Made by a program: the position numbers and the translations under genes. A model generated the notes under the pieces. It was given only the letters and a program-made list of their open reading frames with translations. It was not told the origin of the DNA and ran no database searches. From an uncultured bacterium (GTDB lineage: Bacteria > Krumholzibacteriota > Krumholzibacteriia > JACNKJ01), in the NCBI GenBank assembly GCA_963695095.1, contig CAVOFT010000001.1, positions 928,001 to 992,000 on the forward strand: a stretch of DNA of 64,000 bases. Direction: 5' to 3'. Position 1 is the first letter of the stretch. Each line of letters starts with the position of its first letter. Below, piece after piece: positions 55,837 to 64,000 of this stretch.

Positions 55837-56256
55837 ATGTCCCGCTCACAGAACCCCCATTCCCGCGCCTATCTGCGCCATCAGCGCCGGCGCAGCCTGC
55901 TCCGCCGCTGGCGGCGGTGGCGGCTGCGCTGGTTCCCCGGTGTGCAGCCGCCGAAGAGCATCGAGCAGCTCGATGCCTGGCAAGTCAGGCGCCTGCACCG
56001 CTTCGCGCGGACGCCGATTCTCTGTCCCTGTCACCTCTGTCGGCACTGCAATCCCCGTCGCCGCTACGGCGAGGAGACGCTGCGCGAGGCCTGGGCGGAC
56101 ATCAAGCTCTGGGAAGAGCTCCTCGATGCCGAGACTCCAGACCTGATGCCGCGCCGCCGCTTCAGCTTCCCTCAGGGTCTCACGCGGCAGTTGAGTCGGA
56201 GCCGCCGCTGGCGCCAGCGCGATGACGAGCGGGGAGCGGGGGAATCGCTTGGCTAG
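55837..56256 (+). CDS. Arg-rich hypothetical protein with CPCHLCRHCNPRR motif
   Basis: Strong AAAGGAGG RBS, very basic, Cys cluster. Confidence 0.6.
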   Translation: MSRSQNPHSRAYLRHQRRRSLLRRWRRWRLRWFPGVQPPKSIEQLDAWQVRRLHRFARTPILCPCHLCRHCNPRRRYGEETLREAWADIKLWEELLDAETPDLMPRRRFSFPQGLTRQLSRSRRWRQRDDERGAGESLG

Positions 56257-56312
56257 CCGGCGCTCAGGCGTCGGCAACGCCGGCCGAGGTGGCGACGATC
56301 GTCAGTTGGGAC

Positions 56313-56340
56313 TTGCTCTCGTAGCGCAGCGGGCTAGAAT
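56313..56340 (+). promoter_or_regulatory. sigma70-type promoter for uvrA
   Basis: TTGCTC, 16 bp, TAGAAT. Confidence 0.45.
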
Positions 56341-56423
56341 CGGAGCTTGTCGCAGCGCCGGGCCCCTCCCGCCCGCCCGGCCGCGGCCCCACCCAGCCTT
56401 GCGCCTGTCCCCAGGAGGAGACC

Positions 56424-59303
<2,880 letters not shown>

Positions 59304-59349
59304 GGCCGGTCGCCCGCCTGGCGGGGCAAGCGCCGGTGCTAGCCTGCGC

Positions 59350-59535
59350 TCAGGCGGGGATGTAGCAGTTGACGCCGAGCTTCACGGGCTTGCCGTCGAG
59401 TTCGCCGACGGTGACGTTGCCCTGCGTGCTGCCGATCACCTGGGACTTGCCCGAGGCCGAGGCCGTGCGAGGCGCATCCAGCTTAATGGTGATCGTCAGC
59501 AGGTTGCCGACTAGCTTGGTCTCGATGTTCTGCAT
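59350..59535 (-). CDS. Small beta-rich hypothetical protein (61 aa)
   Basis: MQNIETKLVGNLLTITIKL...SASGKS.VIGST.GN...KLGVN.Y with GGAAGG RBS. Confidence 0.7.
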   Translation of the reverse strand: MQNIETKLVGNLLTITIKLDAPRTASASGKSQVIGSTQGNVTVGELDGKPVKLGVNCYIPA

Positions 59536-59549
59536 GGCGAGCCTTCCGG

Positions 59550-60638
59550 TCAGGGATGGGTGTTGGGGGGCGCGTGCTGCCCGCCGGCTGCCGGCTGCCG
59601 GCGCAGGGAGGCGAGCACGCCCGTCGCCAGGATGAGCAGCACCACGGCGAGCAGGTAGAGGTTGAAGCCCTCGCCGAGGGCCGCCTTCAGCCACTTCGCC
59701 ACCATCATCTTCACGCCGACCACCATTAGCACGATCGCGAGCGCAAGCTTGAGGTAGTGGAAGCGGTGGATCAGTCCCGCCAGCGCGAAGTAGAGCGAGC
59801 GCAGGCCGAGGATGGCGAACACGTTGGAGGTGAAGACGAGGAAGGGATCGGCCGTGATCGCGAAGATGGCCGGGATCGAGTCGACGGCGAAGATGAGGTC
59901 CGTGACCTCGACCATGATCAGCGCCAGGGCCAGCGGGGTCAGCATCCACTTGCCGACCGCGGTGCGCTCGACGGTCTCGTCGCGCTCGGCGGCGCCGCCC
60001 GGCAGGGCCGCCTCATGGGAAGCCTTGCTGCCCGCCCGCAGCAGGAAGCGCTGGCCGTGGAAGCCGTCGGTGACCGGGAAGAGCCGCCGCGCCAGCTTCA
60101 CCACCGGATTGCGGCTGAGGTCGCCGCCCGTCTCCTTGGCCGCGAGCATCTTGAGGCCGGTGAGCACGAGGAAGCCGCCGAAAAGGTAGAGGATCCAGTG
60201 GAAGCGATCGATCAGCGCGCTGCCGATGGCGATCATCGCCCCTCGCATGACGAGTGCGCCCAGGATGCCCCAGAAGAGCACGCGGTGCTGGTAGAGCGCG
60301 GGTACGCCGAAGAAGCCGAAGATCATCACGATGACGAAGATGTTGTCGATGCTCAGCGATTTCTCGACCACGTAGCCCGTGAGGTACTTGACCGCGGCGC
60401 TGGCGCCGTCGTTGGCGAGGCCGTCCACGGCGTCCACGCCCCTGCCCAGTCCGAACCACTGCGCTTCGTAACCGAAGTAGATGAAGACGGAGAACGCCAG
60501 GCCGAGGGAGATCCAGACCGCCGACCAGCCCAGCGCCTCGCGCACGCTGACCACGTGGGCGTGGCGGTGGAAGACGCCGAGGTCCAGGGCGAGCAGCAAG
60601 AGCACGAAGCCGACGAAGGCAGCCCAGACAATCAGCAT
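59550..60638 (-). CDS. TerC/Alx family membrane protein
   Basis: LALDLG, GYVVEKSLSIDNIFV, QHRVLFWGI.GAL.MR, DLIFAVDSIPA, TSNVFAILGLRSLYF. Confidence 0.92.
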   Translation of the reverse strand: MLIVWAAFVGFVLLLLALDLGVFHRHAHVVSVREALGWSAVWISLGLAFSVFIYFGYEAQWFGLGRGVDAVDGLANDGASAAVKYLTGYVVEKSLSIDNIFVIVMIFGFFGVPALYQHRVLFWGILGALVMRGAMIAIGSALIDRFHWILYLFGGFLVLTGLKMLAAKETGGDLSRNPVVKLARRLFPVTDGFHGQRFLLRAGSKASHEAALPGGAAERDETVERTAVGKWMLTPLALALIMVEVTDLIFAVDSIPAIFAITADPFLVFTSNVFAILGLRSLYFALAGLIHRFHYLKLALAIVLMVVGVKMMVAKWLKAALGEGFNLYLLAVVLLILATGVLASLRRQPAAGGQHAPPNTHP

Positions 60639-60775
60639 CGAGAAGGCACCTCCAGGTCCAGCCCCAGCGGAGCGCGTGCATCGCCGGGGGGGAAGCGCTA
60701 TGATCGGCCAGTCCGGGCCTGAGCGCCAGTCCGATCGTCACTGTCCCCTCCGCCCAGAGCATCCAGGAGATCATC

Positions 60776-63700
60776 ATGCGGAATCGCCGCTTCGCCTTCG
60801 CGCTTGGCTTCGGCCTCGCCCTCGCCGCCGTGGCGCCTGCCGCCGCCCAGGTTGCGGGCCTCGACTCGCTCGCGAGCGCCGCCCTCCTGCGCGGGCTCGA
60901 GCTCCTCGAGTTGCGCCCCGAGGAGCTGGGCTTCGACAAGTTTTACGCCCCGGACGACACCTTCCGGCTCGCTGCCGTCGAAGCGGTCATGGCCGACCCG
61001 CTCTCCCTGCCCGCCTGGCAGGACGCCCTCGTTGCCGACCTCACGGCGGCCCAGGGCGATCCCGCGGCGCTGCTCGCACGGCTCGGCAACCTGCTAGCGG
61101 TGGAGCCGCCGGTTCAACCGGCCGGACTCCCCGCGCCGGGCGCCTTTCCGCTGCCGAGGCCCGCAGTCAGCGCCTGGCTGCCCGCCCCCGGGGGCGGCTC
61201 AGCGGCGGCCCCAGCAGCCGGCGCCCGCGCGGAGAAGCGCCGCGGCGCCCGCGCCCAGCGCAAGCAGCTCGAGCGCGCCGTCGATGCCTTCGTGGATTCG
61301 TTGCGCGCTGCCGAGCGCGATCTGGAGCGCGCCTTCGCCGGCCTCTCGGCCAGCGATCGCGATAGCCTGCTGCTCATCGCGCCCGCCTTCTGGGCCGGCT
61401 GGGACAGCGAGGATCCCACGGCGCTTGCCCTCCGCGGCGCGCTGCACCGCGAGTGCGGCGTCGCCGCCGACACCGTGGGCCTCGCCATCGACGAGAACCT
61501 GATCCTCGATCTCGCCGCCCGCGTGGACCGCGCGGCGCTGATCGGCGCCGCCCAGCGCTTCCAGGCGGCGCTGGCCGCCCTGCTGGCCGCGGGTGATCCG
61601 GCCGCGCCGCTGCCCGCTCGCAAGCACATGGAGGGCGTCACCGGCACCATCGTCGGCGCCCGCGAGACGCCCTGGGGTTTGCTCGTCCTCGGTGGCCCCG
61701 AACCCAATCGCTACGAGCCGGCTGCGCTCGCGCGGATCGCCTTCCTCATCGAGCCCGGTGGCAACGATGTCTACGAGGGCCGCGCGGCCTCGGCCCTGGG
61801 CGGTCTGACGCGGTCCTTCGGCGCCCTGGTGGATCTGGCCGGCAACGACCTCTACGACGCAGGCGCGGGCGCCTTCGCCCTCGGCGGCGCCCTGCTCGGC
61901 GTGGCGGCCCTGGTCGACGCCGCCGGCGACGACGTCTACCGCGGCGGCGACGGCACCCTGGGCGCGGGCTTTTTCGGCGTCGGCCTGCTCGCCGACCTCG
62001 CCGGCGCGGACAGCTTCACGGGCGGCGACTTCTGCCAGGGCGCGGGCGCCGTCGGCCTCGGCCTGCTGGTCTCGACCAGCGGCGAGGCGGCGCCGCCCGG
62101 CCCGCCGCCCACGCCGGACCCGGCCTTCGCCGCCGGCCTGCGCAAGGTGCCGCCCACTGCGGCCCTGCCGGTCCGCTACGACGACAACGACGACTACCGC
62201 GCCGCCCGCTACGCCCAGGGCTTCGCCTCGACGCTGGGCGTGGGCCTCCTGCTCGACGCCCACGGCAACGAGGGCTACCGTACGGGCGGCCGCCACCTCT
62301 TCGGCTATCACCTGCCCAACGACTTCCAGTCGCTGGCCCAGGGCTTTTCGATCGGCATGCGGGCGCGGGCGGCCGGCGGCATCGGCATCCTCATCGACGA
62401 GGAGGGCAACGACGCCTACATCGGCGAGGCCTATGCGCAGGGCGTGGGCTACTGGTACTCGCTGGGGCTGCTCCACGATGGCGGCGGCAACGACGCCTAC
62501 CACGCCGTGCACTACGCGCAGGGCGCCGGCGTGCACCTCGCGATCGGCTCGCTGCGCGATCGCGGCGGCGACGACATCTACGCCTGCCGCTGGGGCGTCA
62601 CGCAAGGCGTCGCGCACGACCTTGGGCTGGGCATGCTGCTGGACGAGGGCGGCAACGACTACTACCTCGTCAACAACGGCCAGGGCGAGAGCATCACCAA
62701 CTCCGTGGGCCTGTTCATCGACGCGGGCGGCAACGACTTCTACGCCACCTTCGCCGGCGGCCAGGGGCGCGGCCTGCGCGCCCGCGAGTTCGCCGGCCCC
62801 GGCATCTTTCTCGACCTCGAGGGCAAGGACGTCTACGGCCCCGGCTCGCCGGGCGCCGATGGCGGCGTCTGGGTGCAGGACGCCTTCGGCGTCGGCGTGG
62901 ACCTGGCCCGCGAGCTGACCCTGCCCGAGGAGGCGCCGCCCGCTGCTGTCCCCACGCGCGAGGACTCGCTGCGCAGCCTGGACGCCCTCTTCGCCGACGC
63001 CTCGCTCTGGGAAGTGCTCGCCACGCGCGAGCGGGTGCGCAAGGCGCGGGCCGTGCTGATCGCGCGCGGGGATGAAGCCATCGACTACCTCGTCGCCAAG
63101 CAGCTGCCGCACCGCGACGCCTCCGCCCGCGACGCCATCGCCGAGATCGCGCGGGCCCACCCCGACCGCTTTGCCCAGCTGGCCGGCGCGCGCGTGGCTG
63201 CGGGAGACGCCACCCTGCGCGAATCGATCGCCCTGCTGCTCGGCCGCGCCCGTGGCCGGGCGGGGGCGCCGATCCTGGCCCTCATGCTGGCCGACTCGAC
63301 CAATGCGAAGTTCCGCCATGGGATCATCACGGCCCTGGGCGAGGTCGGGGACGCGGCGACCGCGCCCGCCATTCGCCCCTACCTCGGCGACCCCGCCGAG
63401 CGCACGCGCATTCGCGCCGTGGCCGCGCTGGCTGCCCTCGAGGACGAGGCGGCGCTGCCGGAGCTCGTCGCCCGCTTCGCGGATCCGGCGCTCACCGTGC
63501 GGAATGCCGTGGCGCTGGGCCTGGAGCGCTTCGGGGCGCCCGCCGTGGCTCCGCTGGTGGAGAGCCTCGCGGGTGGAGCGGAGGCCGACCACCCTGCGCT
63601 CCGCCTGCGCACGCTGGGCCGCCTGGCGCTGGCGCTCGCGGCTACGGAGGACGCCGCCGCGCGGGCCGCCCTGGCACAGGCGCTCGGCGCGTTGCAGGCG

Positions 63701-63796
63701 GCGCGGGAGAATGCCGGGGCCAGCGAAGCCGCGCGGCTGGCCGCTCACGACGCCCTGCGGGCCCTGCAGCCGGCGGCCGCCCGGGGTGGCCAGTAG
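60776..63796 (+). CDS. Large exported protein with about 12 G-x-L-x-D-x-x-G-x-D-x-Y repeats and C-terminal HEAT-like repeats
   Basis: Signal peptide. Repeats include VDLAGNDLY, VDAAGDDVY, IDEEGNDAY, HDGGGNDAY, LDEGGNDYY. ALGEVGD..R..AV.AL helical repeats at the end. Confidence 0.8.
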   Translation: MRNRRFAFALGFGLALAAVAPAAAQVAGLDSLASAALLRGLELLELRPEELGFDKFYAPDDTFRLAAVEAVMADPLSLPAWQDALVADLTAAQGDPAALLARLGNLLAVEPPVQPAGLPAPGAFPLPRPAVSAWLPAPGGGSAAAPAAGARAEKRRGARAQRKQLERAVDAFVDSLRAAERDLERAFAGLSASDRDSLLLIAPAFWAGWDSEDPTALALRGALHRECGVAADTVGLAIDENLILDLAARVDRAALIGAAQRFQAALAALLAAGDPAAPLPARKHMEGVTGTIVGARETPWGLLVLGGPEPNRYEPAALARIAFLIEPGGNDVYEGRAASALGGLTRSFGALVDLAGNDLYDAGAGAFALGGALLGVAALVDAAGDDVYRGGDGTLGAGFFGVGLLADLAGADSFTGGDFCQGAGAVGLGLLVSTSGEAAPPGPPPTPDPAFAAGLRKVPPTAALPVRYDDNDDYRAARYAQGFASTLGVGLLLDAHGNEGYRTGGRHLFGYHLPNDFQSLAQGFSIGMRARAAGGIGILIDEEGNDAYIGEAYAQGVGYWYSLGLLHDGGGNDAYHAVHYAQGAGVHLAIGSLRDRGGDDIYACRWGVTQGVAHDLGLGMLLDEGGNDYYLVNNGQGESITNSVGLFIDAGGNDFYATFAGGQGRGLRAREFAGPGIFLDLEGKDVYGPGSPGADGGVWVQDAFGVGVDLARELTLPEEAPPAAVPTREDSLRSLDALFADASLWEVLATRERVRKARAVLIARGDEAIDYLVAKQLPHRDASARDAIAEIARAHPDRFAQLAGARVAAGDATLRESIALLLGRARGRAGAPILALMLADSTNAKFRHGIITALGEVGDAATAPAIRPYLGDPAERTRIRAVAALAALEDEAALPELVARFADPALTVRNAVALGLERFGAPAVAPLVESLAGGAEADHPALRLRTLGRLALALAATEDAAARAALAQALGALQAARENAGASEAARLAAHDALRALQPAAARGGQ

Positions 63797-63799
63797 AAA

Positions 63800-63821
63800 G
63801 CCGGATCCCTTCGGATCCGGC
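63800..63821. terminator. Perfect hairpin after the repeat-protein gene
   Basis: GCCGGATCC-CTTC-GGATCCGGC. Confidence 0.5.
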
Positions 63822-64000
63822 CACCACAGGAAACTCCCCTCGGCGCCGCGCAAAGGAGACCTTGGCTGAAACCATGCTCCGGTGGTAGGCGACTCGGGAA
63901 CGGAGAAAGTGTGACAGGTGGCGCCGGCCCTGTCCAGTGCGGCGCTCCACCCGGGTCCGACAAGCCCTACTCGGCGACGGCAGGGGCGGGCCCGGCCAGG

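Noticed and set aside
60639..60775. yybP-ykoY manganese riboswitch upstream of TerC
   Set aside because: The expected conserved motifs were not found on the minus strand.

Overview
High-GC bacterial chromosomal segment, mostly housekeeping genes. A PorX-like regulator next to tsaE, an FlgD-type C-terminal sorting domain protein and a short RpoD-family sigma factor suggest an FCB-superphylum lineage such as Latescibacterota/Krumholzibacteriota (inference only). Gene order: nucleotide-sugar genes (two GDP-mannose dehydratase/reductase family genes, ugd, wecB), a degenerate HemC homolog, serS, histidine kinase-porX-tsaE-GT39-tsaB-rimI-PNP, a small type II toxin-antitoxin cassette, accD-folC, a liv ABC operon ending in a queuosine-precursor transporter, motAB, a Na+/H+ antiporter, a divergent membrane pyrophosphatase, a CDF transporter, LonC-like protease, MalK-type ATPase, ROK kinase, an LptA-LptD fusion, HU, M16 peptidase, sigma factor, pdxST, two cyclophilins, metG, uvrA, TerC and a large repeat protein. 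About ten conserved genes carry 1-bp frameshifts, most likely long-read consensus errors. The top hidden signal, missed by the ORF track, is an in-frame TGA at 41225 in a C-G-U motif followed by a SECIS-like hairpin. It implies an exported selenoprotein fusing a UshA-like domain to a tetraheme cytochrome c. Other notable signals: a second Sec candidate (FmdB family), a HemC pseudo-enzyme, a 14-bp palindrome present at least 7 times that also brackets the TA cassette, a duplicated TGTACACGTGTACA site, and a 6-codon uORF with a perfect Shine-Dalgarno.
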